Positions 10,510 through 18,006 of a stretch of DNA of 30,353 bases are shown piece after piece; position 1 is the stretch's first letter; the number at the start of each line of letters is the position of its first letter. The stretch covers positions 1 to 30,353 of the IMG/VR virus record IMGVR_UViG_3300011338_000356, one strand, 5' to 3'. The stretch comes from a virus (taxonomy: Duplodnaviria > Caudoviricetes). Under the pieces are notes generated by a model. The model was not told the DNA's origin and made no database searches. It was given only the letters and a program-made list of their open reading frames with translations. A program made the position numbers and the translations under genes.

Positions 10510-11270
10510 ACGTTCAATTCTTTTTTCATCCCGAGAAAGTTAAAGACCAGGATTAATGGAAGGTCACAAACAGCATAGAATTTAGTTAAATCTTCGTTGC
10601 ATAATGCCCATATAAGCTGTTCCCATGCCCATTTTTGCTGCTTCTTTTCTTCTTCGATTTCTTTCATTTCTTCAGCATCCGCGTTTTCAGATAATTCGAA
10701 ATCATCTTCATAGCTTTCAGTCATTAGATTTTTATATTGCTCTATAAAACTTTCACGATATTTAATGTATTCGGGCAACAATCCAAAAACATCCGTTATT
10801 TTAAAATCCCAAAACCATTCTAACCTATCATTCGAATTATAGTTATAAGGTTCTAACGTTTCATCACCCCATTCATTAACACGGAATCTTCGATAAAGTA
10901 TTGCAACGATATTAGGTAGCTTTAAAATGTAGTTATCCGCGAAATATGTTTCTAAACTTATGAATTCACCTAACGTTAGTTTGTTAAATGGTTTTAGTTT
11001 ATAGCTTCCAAGTTCAGATTTGTAGTTCTTGGGTGGTTCATCACGTATAAACTTAACGGATAGTAATAATTCTTCAAGTTCTTCGATAGCTAATTCATCA
11101 ATATCTTCAGGGTAGCAATCTAATAACGTACAAAGTACATCTATTTGATAATTAAAAACCCCTTCTTCATCAGACAAGGTCTTCAGTTCTATAAATGATT
11201 CAATCGTTATCTGATTCCACGCTTTCGGAAGCTTGTTTTTTAGCGTGTTCAGAGATTGTGCTTGTGACAT
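10506..11270 (-). CDS. Putative tail assembly chaperone (start uncertain); paralogue of the upstream gene
   Basis: Acidic; LPKAWNQITIESF, LTLGEFISLE, IVAILYRR and a C-terminal W..LIWALCNEDLTKF..V.DLP..LVFNFL segment. Confidence 0.5.
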   Translation of the reverse strand: MSQAQSLNTLKNKLPKAWNQITIESFIELKTLSDEEGVFNYQIDVLCTLLDCYPEDIDELAIEELEELLLSVKFIRDEPPKNYKSELGSYKLKPFNKLTLGEFISLETYFADNYILKLPNIVAILYRRFRVNEWGDETLEPYNYNSNDRLEWFWDFKITDVFGLLPEYIKYRESFIEQYKNLMTESYEDDFELSENADAEEMKEIEEEKKQQKWAWEQLIWALCNEDLTKFYAVCDLPLILVFNFLGMKKELNV

Positions 11271-11742
11271 AGTTAAGATATGGAATTGCTATTTCAGCCG
11301 GTTGCATTCTAAATAGTTTAGATTTATGTTTTAGATGTGCTGAATCGTAGTGTTCCGTGTTACTTAGGTCGGTTCGCTTAAACATCAAAGCCATAATATC
11401 AGACACTGAATGTTTATTTTCCTTAGTAACCATTTTCTCGATTAGCTTGGTGTCTTTTACCGAGAGTTTTAATTCAGCTTTGTAAGTGTACCCATCTATT
11501 TCTATTTCACCGATAGGGTTTTTAGCTTCATAGTTATCCGTATTAAATTCTTGTGTTTTTTCTACGAAGTATTTAAAGTCATCCCATTCATCCTCATCGA
11601 CTCCTACTACTTCAAACACTTTGATTTGCTTTTCGATGTTATCGAGTTCCTTATCGTTATGGATAGCGCTTATCTTTTCGAATTCTTCTATGGTAATTTC
11701 GTTCATTTTATTGGCGATTTGCCTTCCAAGTACTTCAATCAT
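11200..11742 (-). CDS. Putative tail assembly chaperone-like protein
   Basis: NEITIEEF and IMALMFKR resemble NQITIESF and IVAILYRR of the neighbour; has its own promoter-like site upstream. Confidence 0.45.
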   Translation of the reverse strand: MIEVLGRQIANKMNEITIEEFEKISAIHNDKELDNIEKQIKVFEVVGVDEDEWDDFKYFVEKTQEFNTDNYEAKNPIGEIEIDGYTYKAELKLSVKDTKLIEKMVTKENKHSVSDIMALMFKRTDLSNTEHYDSAHLKHKSKLFRMQPAEIAIPYLNYVTSTISEHAKKQASESVESDND

Positions 11743-11756
11743 CTTTATAATTTTTG

Positions 11757-11783
11757 AACAAATATAAATAAATTATAATATAG
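11757..11783 (+). promoter_or_regulatory. Candidate late promoter AACA-N15-TAATATAG, copy 3
   Basis: AACA 11757-11760, TAATATAG 11776-11783, ATG at 11788. Confidence 0.6.
11759..11766 (-). promoter_or_regulatory. Bacteroidota -7 promoter element TATATTTG for the two minus-strand genes
   Basis: Reverse complement of CAAATATA (11759-11766), 16 nt before the ATG at 11742. Confidence 0.6.
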
Positions 11784-11787
11784 TGAG

Positions 11788-12789
11788 ATGACAAAGGATT
11801 TACCTATCTACAAAATCACGATTGACCCTGAATATTCCGATGGCGAAGATTTAGGAATTGAACAAATTGCGTTCACTTCCAATCCCGCAATTAAAGTAAA
11901 AGGAATGGCATTTAGTCATGAAGTTAAAATGTTATTTGCAGACGATTTAAAATATCGCGTGACTGCACCCGCTATGATTCCAATGGAAATTTATAGACGT
12001 GACGATGAAAGCGGCGAATATTATGTTCAATTCACTGAAGAAACAATCGAGCAAATTCACGCTAAGTTCATGCAAGATTTAAAGAATCGTGATATCTTTA
12101 ATTTAGAACATGACCAAGCACAACAAGTTCCAGCATATATTCTTGAATCTTGGATTGTAGATAACCCGAAAAAAGATAAAGCGTTCAGCACATTTGGAAT
12201 TGATGTTCCAAAGGGAACACTTATGATAACAGCGCAAGTTACCGACAAAGACTATTACAACGAATTAGTGAAAGCTGAACAAGTTGGTTTTTCTATTGAA
12301 GGGTTTTTAGGTTTGAAATTAAGTAATCAAATAAATCAATATAGTATGAACAAATTACCCGATGGGGAACACCTAATCGAAGGTAAAATCTATGTCGTAA
12401 AAGGCGGTGAGATTATCGAGATTAAGGATGCACCAAAAGAAGAAGTAGCTATGGAAAGCGATTCGGTAGTTGAAGAAGAAGTAACCACTGAAACTGAACC
12501 TATTGATGAGCAACCCGCACCTGAAGAACTTGAAGAAATCAAAGAAGAAGTGAAAGAAGAAGTAAAAATGGCTGTTGATGTAACAACTGATGCTGAAGCT
12601 GTTTTAGCAATTGTTTCACCCGTACTTGAAGAACAAGTAAACAACCTATTAAAAATTATCGCTGACTTAAAAAGCCAAATGGAAGATATGTTAGCGGAAG
12701 AAACAACTACTGAAGAAGCGATGAAATCTGAAGTAAAAATGAGTATGGCTGAAAAATTCAGCGCATTGACTAAATTAAGTAATAACTAA
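11788..12789 (+). CDS. Prohead protease (XkdF-like) with acidic scaffold-like C-terminus
   Basis: APAMIP..IYR, FNLEH, ESWIV, PKGT.M and GFSIEG motifs; directly upstream of the capsid gene; Glu-rich tail. Confidence 0.85.
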   Translation: MTKDLPIYKITIDPEYSDGEDLGIEQIAFTSNPAIKVKGMAFSHEVKMLFADDLKYRVTAPAMIPMEIYRRDDESGEYYVQFTEETIEQIHAKFMQDLKNRDIFNLEHDQAQQVPAYILESWIVDNPKKDKAFSTFGIDVPKGTLMITAQVTDKDYYNELVKAEQVGFSIEGFLGLKLSNQINQYSMNKLPDGEHLIEGKIYVVKGGEIIEIKDAPKEEVAMESDSVVEEEVTTETEPIDEQPAPEELEEIKEEVKEEVKMAVDVTTDAEAVLAIVSPVLEEQVNNLLKIIADLKSQMEDMLAEETTTEEAMKSEVKMSMAEKFSALTKLSNN

Positions 12790-12807
12790 AATCTAATAAC
12801 AACAAAA

Positions 12808-13740
12808 ATGGAAAGAAAATTAAAATTCGATCTTGACGTAGAAGCAAATGCTTTGCTTTGTCCAAACCCTAACGAGTTCTATTCTCGTGCTTATTTAACT
12901 GCTGATGTAGCTGATTCTTATCGTGCATTGCCTTCAATCAAAAGTCGTTCCCGAATTGCTAACGTAACTTTTGGTTCAATCTTACAAGCATCAACGTGTA
13001 ACTTCAGCGCTCCTACTGATACATTAGATGCTATCGATATCGATGTATGTGCATTTTCTGCAATGGCTCAAATTTGCCAATTCGATTTAGAGCAATCATT
13101 CGTTGCTTTGCAAATGACACAAGGTTCTAACGGAGATTTTTCAGTAGCTTCATTTATGAATTACTATTGGAATGTAATGGCTATGCAAATCGAAGAAGAC
13201 ATCGAATTGATTAGATGGCAAGGTGATACTGCAAGTGAAAACCCATTGTTGGCACTTTGTGATGGTCATTTAGTTAAGTTATGTGCTGATGGTGCTAACT
13301 TGGCATATACGGGTGGTGGTGCTGTAAACAGCGGAAACGTACTTACTACTTTCAACGTAGTTGTTAATAGCCTTCCCGCTTCAGTGCGATTCAAAAAAGC
13401 TGATTTAAGAATCCGTGTTTCTGCTAACGTTGGTGCAGCTTACGAACTTGCTGCTGCTTCAGGTAACACTATGACTTATGTATCTGCTCCATTGCAAATG
13501 ACTTACTTAGGAATTAAAGTAATCGTGTGTGAAGGTATGCCTGATAACACAATCGTTGCTTCTTTGAAAGACGATTTAATCTATGCATTCGATGCAGAGG
13601 GTGATTCAAAAGCATTGAAAGCGGTTAATTTGACTGATACCGTTGCAGAGCCTTATATCCGTACTCGTGCAAATGTTAAAGCAGGATTTTATCATACAAA
13701 CCCTGAGCAAATCGCTGTTTGGGCTGCTTGTTTTGACTAA
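12808..13740 (+). CDS. Major capsid protein
   Basis: 310 aa after the protease/scaffold; IEEDIELIRWQGD...CDG and YLGIKVIV..GMPDN patterns; followed by a hairpin. Confidence 0.85.
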   Translation: MERKLKFDLDVEANALLCPNPNEFYSRAYLTADVADSYRALPSIKSRSRIANVTFGSILQASTCNFSAPTDTLDAIDIDVCAFSAMAQICQFDLEQSFVALQMTQGSNGDFSVASFMNYYWNVMAMQIEEDIELIRWQGDTASENPLLALCDGHLVKLCADGANLAYTGGGAVNSGNVLTTFNVVVNSLPASVRFKKADLRIRVSANVGAAYELAAASGNTMTYVSAPLQMTYLGIKVIVCEGMPDNTIVASLKDDLIYAFDAEGDSKALKAVNLTDTVAEPYIRTRANVKAGFYHTNPEQIAVWAACFD

Positions 13741-13757
13741 TCAAAATCAATAATAAC

Positions 13758-13781
13758 GGGGGTGTAAAATACCCCCTATTT
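13758..13781 (+). terminator. Hairpin after the capsid gene (weak terminator or RNA stabiliser)
   Basis: GGGGGT(13758-13763)/ACCCCC(13771-13776) followed by TATTT. Confidence 0.6.
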
Positions 13782-13806
13782 AAATAACTAAAAAAAATAT
13801 ATATTT

Positions 13807-14325
13807 ATGTCGTGTGAAGCATTAGAAGGAATTGTAAAGTCGTGTGACAACAATTCAGGTGGCATTTACAAGGTATGGATTAACCAACAAGATAATATAT
13901 CAAGCATCGGTCTTGATTCTACGTTAACTTGGACGATTGATTCAATCGCTTTGACTTCGCCATCAAACACTTATACTGAATTCGAAATCCGTAGAAACAC
14001 GGGTTCTTATACTGAAGAAGCAGCTATTGACTTAGTTAATGGTTCTTCTTATTATACTCAAACTATTACGTTAATGTTCCATCGTCGTGACCAATCTAAG
14101 TCACAAGCTATTAAAGTGCTTGGAGCGGGACAGCAATATTTGAACGCTATTGTTCAAGATGCTAACGGAAAGTATTGGTACTTCCCTTATTTGCAATTAA
14201 CGGGCGCTTCTGAAGGTTCGGGTACGGCTCGTGCAGATGGTAGTAAATATCAAATTATTTTAACAGCGGAAAACGAGTATTTATCTTATGAGGTATTAGA
14301 AGCTGCTGTTCAATCAGTAATCTAA
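13807..14325 (+). CDS. Major tail (tube) protein
   Basis: MSC...C.NNSGGI N-terminus, IVQDANGKYW and SGTARADGSKYQIILTAE patterns; follows the capsid gene. Confidence 0.65.
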   Translation: MSCEALEGIVKSCDNNSGGIYKVWINQQDNISSIGLDSTLTWTIDSIALTSPSNTYTEFEIRRNTGSYTEEAAIDLVNGSSYYTQTITLMFHRRDQSKSQAIKVLGAGQQYLNAIVQDANGKYWYFPYLQLTGASEGSGTARADGSKYQIILTAENEYLSYEVLEAAVQSVI

Positions 14326-14347
14326 ATTTCTGCCCTCCATAATAAAT

Positions 14348-14374
14348 GAGCATCCTTCGGGGTGCTTTTTTTTT
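14348..14374 (+). terminator. Rho-independent terminator
   Basis: GAGCATCC-TTCG-GGGTGCTT stem-loop with a T9 run. Confidence 0.9.
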
Positions 14375-14375
14375 A

Positions 14376-14403
14376 AACAAAACTATGAACTAACTTAATA
14401 TAG
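14376..14403 (+). promoter_or_regulatory. Candidate late promoter AACA-N16-TAATATAG, copy 4
   Basis: AACA 14376-14379, TAATATAG 14396-14403, GTG at 14406; immediately after a strong terminator, where a new promoter is needed. Confidence 0.65.
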
Positions 14404-14405
14404 TT

Positions 14406-14747
14406 GTGATATACATAAATAAAGACGAAGTCAATAATATAGTGTTAACGTTAAGCGAAGTAAGTACATTAACGAATCCTTATTATTTGTTCGTGTTTCA
14501 AAACGAAATGAATCCCGAATCTGACCCAATTTTATTCACTACACCCGATATTTCAACATATCCTGAAAGATTTAATCAGTTCTTGTTGGATGAACCCGTA
14601 GATGTAGAATTGGTTAAAGGTCAGTATTCATATTCGGTTTATGAATCACTTATCCCACCAATAACAATCCAAGATACTACGGGCGAAGTAATCGAAGAAG
14701 GTAGAATGGTTGTTTCGGGTGCTATTGTAAATTCAATATACGATTAA
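14406..14747 (+). CDS. Small virion protein (head-closure-like)
   Basis: 113 aa, beta-rich (GQYSYSVYE...IEEGRM), just before the portal gene. Confidence 0.45.
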   Translation: MIYINKDEVNNIVLTLSEVSTLTNPYYLFVFQNEMNPESDPILFTTPDISTYPERFNQFLLDEPVDVELVKGQYSYSVYESLIPPITIQDTTGEVIEEGRMVVSGAIVNSIYD

Positions 14748-14750
14748 ATT

Positions 14751-16070
14751 ATGGCTTGGTACGATATATTTAGACAAAGTGAAAAACAAAATATTGAAGT
14801 CGTGGAAGGCTATCAAAGTTTTAGTACACCTTTTTATAAGATTGGCGGTGCAAATCTCGCATTACCTTATGTAAATGGGCGCTATCAAGTTGCTGGTTAT
14901 ATTCCATTTGGTCAAGATAACTTATATCCCGAAACATTAAATCAAATGTACTATTCATCACCATTACATGGAGCGATAGTAGATTATAAAGTGAATGCAG
15001 TTATCGGTGGTGGTTTTACTATTAAAACGGAAAAGCTAACAAACGAAGAAAAATTAGAGCTCTACGCATTTGAAAAGAAGATAAAGCTAAAAAAGGTTGC
15101 AGCGATTGTTACCAAGCAATTAGTTATTCATAATAGGGTTTATTTTAAATTGTGTTTTTCAGAACGCGGAAAACTTACAAAAGTAGAAAACCTATCACCT
15201 GAGAAATTACGACGTTCTCGTGATGGGAAAACCTACTTTATATGTGAAGATTGGGCATCAAGAATAGATGTATTTGAAATCACGCCTTATCACCCGCTTA
15301 GCAACGAGTACGAACAGCTTTATATATACGAATTACCTTGTATTGGTCAAGATTATTATCCATTGCCGCAATATAGTTCAGCACTTAATTTTGCGTTTTT
15401 GAGTGGCGAGTTATCATACTTAGCGAAATCAAACATTCAGAATGCTGTTTTCCCGTCTTTTGCTATGATGTTTCCTAAACGTCCGCAAAGCGAAGAAGAA
15501 AAAAATGTGTTAAGACGAACAATTGACAAGCTTAAAGGCGCAGAAAACGCGGGTAAAGCAGTTGCATTTTTTGCGAACTCACCCGAGCAGATGCCTAAAA
15601 TTGAAAGTTTACCAACTAACTCAAACGATAAATTATTCCAAGAAGCATCGGCGTTAAACACCGAGCAGATTTGCTTTGCGCATACGATAGATCCTATATT
15701 AATGGGTGTTAGAACTACGGGCGCATTAGGTTCGGGTTCGGATATCAAACAAGCTTACGTTATATTCGAGAAAAACGTAGTTAAACCATTACGAGAAATC
15801 GTACAAGATATATTTAACGAATTGTTACATATCGCTAAAGTTAAAGGTGAGTTAGTTATTAATAACTTTCAAATCATTAACGAAACGATTGTTGAAGTTG
15901 AAGAAAGCGCAAGTAAAACAAGCGAAGCTTTGAATTCGATGTCACCTTTGGTAGCTACGAAAGTTTTAGATTCAATGACTTCAAACGAAATTCGTGCTTT
16001 AGCATCGTTACCACCAATCGAAGGCGGTGATGGTGTTCCTAATACTAACCCCGAAACTCCTGCAGTATAA
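14751..16070 (+). CDS. Portal protein
   Basis: FGQDNLYP, SPLHGAIV..K, YYPLPQY, GAENAGK, ICFAH.IDP.LMG, VVKPLR and MTSNEIR motifs. Confidence 0.9.
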   Translation: MAWYDIFRQSEKQNIEVVEGYQSFSTPFYKIGGANLALPYVNGRYQVAGYIPFGQDNLYPETLNQMYYSSPLHGAIVDYKVNAVIGGGFTIKTEKLTNEEKLELYAFEKKIKLKKVAAIVTKQLVIHNRVYFKLCFSERGKLTKVENLSPEKLRRSRDGKTYFICEDWASRIDVFEITPYHPLSNEYEQLYIYELPCIGQDYYPLPQYSSALNFAFLSGELSYLAKSNIQNAVFPSFAMMFPKRPQSEEEKNVLRRTIDKLKGAENAGKAVAFFANSPEQMPKIESLPTNSNDKLFQEASALNTEQICFAHTIDPILMGVRTTGALGSGSDIKQAYVIFEKNVVKPLREIVQDIFNELLHIAKVKGELVINNFQIINETIVEVEESASKTSEALNSMSPLVATKVLDSMTSNEIRALASLPPIEGGDGVPNTNPETPAV

Positions 16071-16624
16071 TGCTATACTTTATAACTGAAAACTACCTAA
16101 AGACGAACACACCTATAACGGCTAACGTAGATGTTACTGATGTCACCCCATACATAGCGACACAAGCACAATTACGAGTTATGCCAATTTTAGGAACTTA
16201 CTTCTTTAATTATATGCTGAACGTGTACAATACACAAACGGCTACAAATGACGAAGAAACGCTAATTAAATTCATTCAACCGATTGTAGCTTGGCGAAGT
16301 GCTGAAGATGCGGTATTCGGTTTAACATATCAGTTAAAGAATAAAGGTCTTCAAACTCAAAACGGGGATTTTTCAAGTTCAGTAAGTCAACGTGAAGTAG
16401 CTTTTGGGATGGAACACTACGCACAAAAGGCTTCATTCTTTGAACAAAGATTAATTAGATGGTTAATCAAAAACAAGAATCTTTTTCCCGAATTTATTTC
16501 TGAAGAAAACAGGGACACGGATTTAAGACCAATGATTGACTGCCACGGGTGTTCGGGATGCTGTCACGGAACTTGCCATTATGAAAACGGAAACGGATAT
16601 AATAACCAAATTTTAATATTGTGA
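16070..16624 (+). CDS. Head-tail adaptor/connector
   Basis: FITENYLK.NTPI..NVD...I..AQ....PILG pattern; directly after the portal gene. Confidence 0.65.
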   Translation: MLYFITENYLKTNTPITANVDVTDVTPYIATQAQLRVMPILGTYFFNYMLNVYNTQTATNDEETLIKFIQPIVAWRSAEDAVFGLTYQLKNKGLQTQNGDFSSSVSQREVAFGMEHYAQKASFFEQRLIRWLIKNKNLFPEFISEENRDTDLRPMIDCHGCSGCCHGTCHYENGNGYNNQILIL

Positions 16625-16836
16625 TTGACTTAAACAAACTTTTTGAAATTATTAAAAAGCAAGGAGCAACGGGAGTTTTAGCGTTGTGGTTGTTTTACAC
16701 TCATACGGAAGTACAAGAATTAAAGCATCGTCTTTATGATTGTTATGGTAAAACTAAAGGAATGGTTCAAGAACCAATTACTGACACTACTAATTTTGCG
16801 GTTATACCCAAAGACGAATTAATAGAGATTGAATGA
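16621..16836 (+). CDS. Holin-like small membrane protein
   Basis: One hydrophobic segment (GATGVLALWLFY); overlaps the endolysin start. Confidence 0.4.
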   Translation: MIDLNKLFEIIKKQGATGVLALWLFYTHTEVQELKHRLYDCYGKTKGMVQEPITDTTNFAVIPKDELIEIE

Positions 16837-17351
16837 ACTACGATTGGTTAAAAGAAGAAAAAGCACCCCGTGTTTTAGTTCAAGCTGTTAAACAACTTGG
16901 AGTAACTGAGATCGTAGGCAAAGAACACAATCCTGTTATTTTATCTTGGGCGCGTGAACTAAAATTAGCAAGTGTCTATAACGCTGATGAGATACCTTGG
17001 TGCGGTTTATTCGTAGCTTATTGTTGTAAAATGGCAGGATTAGAAGTAGTAGACAAACCATTGTGGGCGTTATCGTGGGCAACGTGGGGTAACCCTGTAA
17101 CCGAACCAATGTTAGGGGATATCTTAACATTTAAAAGAACGGGTGGTGGTCACGTTGGAATATATGTAGGTGAAGACTTAACACACTACCACATTTTAGG
17201 CGGTAACCAAGGTAATTCGGTAAGTGTGTCACGAATCGCTAAAAGTAGACTACACAAAGCAAGAAGAACGGCTTGGAAAGTTGCACAACCTACAAGCGTA
17301 AGAAAGATTAAATTAGCACCAAAAGGAGTAATAACAACAAACGAACAATAA
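16833..17351 (+). CDS. Endolysin, NlpC/P60-CHAP-type peptidase (TIGR02594-like)
   Basis: DEIPWCGLFV (catalytic Cys), GGGHVGIY (His) and LGGNQGNSV. Confidence 0.9.
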   Translation: MNYDWLKEEKAPRVLVQAVKQLGVTEIVGKEHNPVILSWARELKLASVYNADEIPWCGLFVAYCCKMAGLEVVDKPLWALSWATWGNPVTEPMLGDILTFKRTGGGHVGIYVGEDLTHYHILGGNQGNSVSVSRIAKSRLHKARRTAWKVAQPTSVRKIKLAPKGVITTNEQ

Positions 17352-17352
17352 A

Positions 17353-17580
17353 ATGGCAAAGAAAAAGAAAAATGTAGATGTAGAAATTCAAGTGAATGAC
17401 GCATCGTTAGAGATTAAAAGAGATGAAACAATTAGCGAAGTGAAATTAGATACTAAGAACTTAGATATCGAAGTTACAAAAACGGATGACAAAGTCGAGG
17501 TGAAAGTCGATGCTCAAAAGCCGTTATTGAATTTTGTTGGAAAAGTTTTGGGTAGATATATAACTAAGAGATTAAAATAG
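17353..17580 (+). CDS. Hypothetical protein
   Basis: 75-aa ORF ending the lysis block; amphipathic basic C-terminus. Confidence 0.6.
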   Translation: MAKKKKNVDVEIQVNDASLEIKRDETISEVKLDTKNLDIEVTKTDDKVEVKVDAQKPLLNFVGKVLGRYITKRLK

Positions 17581-17653
17581 TATATTTGCACCATTCTTCA
17601 TAATTGAATAGGTTAATTGTTAACGAGAACCCTTGCTTCGGTAGGGGTTTTTT
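17581..17653 (+). ncRNA. Candidate small antisense RNA unit (promoter, ~60-nt RNA, terminator)
   Basis: TATATTTG at 17581-17588, no + strand ORF, terminator at 17627-17653; body is complementary to early-gene start regions. Confidence 0.6.
17627..17653 (+). terminator. Rho-independent terminator
   Basis: AACCCTTGC-TTCG-GTAGGGGTT followed by a T run. Confidence 0.9.
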
Positions 17654-17693
17654 AGTTTTAGAAAAAATATTTTAAAAAAAACTGAAAAAAAAC

Positions 17694-17723
17694 TTGTTAT
17701 ATTAAAAAGTATAACTATCTTTG
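17694..17723 (+). promoter_or_regulatory. Early promoter (TTG-N19-TATCTTTG) containing the conserved 27-bp element, copy 1
   Basis: Bacteroidota -33/-7 consensus; TTATATTAAAAAGTATAACTATCTTTG at 17697-17723. Confidence 0.75.
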
Positions 17724-17747
17724 TTGAAACAATTAAGATAAACAATT

Positions 17748-17957
17748 ATGAAAACTTTAAAATTAAACAAGAAATCAAAAGGGTATTATACAAATCAAGT
17801 TGATAATATTGAAGTTGTTGTATCTGAATTTAAAGGAAATTGGACAGGCGAAATATTAGATTGGAATAAATCAAATGATGAGTTTATTGTTTATAAAACT
17901 TTTGCATCGACAAAAAAAATAGTAGTAAATCAATTAACACAATATTTTTTAAACTAA
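17748..17957 (+). CDS. Hypothetical early protein
   Basis: First ORF after the promoter; A-rich leader. Confidence 0.7.
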   Translation: MKTLKLNKKSKGYYTNQVDNIEVVVSEFKGNWTGEILDWNKSNDEFIVYKTFASTKKIVVNQLTQYFLN

Positions 17958-17963
17958 TAAAAA

Positions 17964-17988
17964 CGAGGGGTGCGTCTCGGTAACGCAC
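17964..17988 (+). promoter_or_regulatory. Compact H-type pseudoknot-like RNA element
   Basis: CGAG(17964-67)/CTCG(17976-79) and GTGCGT(17970-75)/ACGCAC(17983-88); GC-rich patch in an AT-rich intergenic gap. Confidence 0.5.
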
Positions 17989-18006
17989 ATTAACAATTAA
18001 TTTATT

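Noticed and set aside
14435-14442. Fifth TAATATAG copy
   Set aside because: It is inside a CDS and lacks AACA at the 15-16 nt spacing.
17572-17601. Minus-strand micro-ORF MKNGANILF with a good-looking leader
   Set aside because: Only 9 aa, and I saw no minus-strand TAnnTTTG just upstream. The promoter and terminator point the other way. Kept only as the alternative to the sRNA model.
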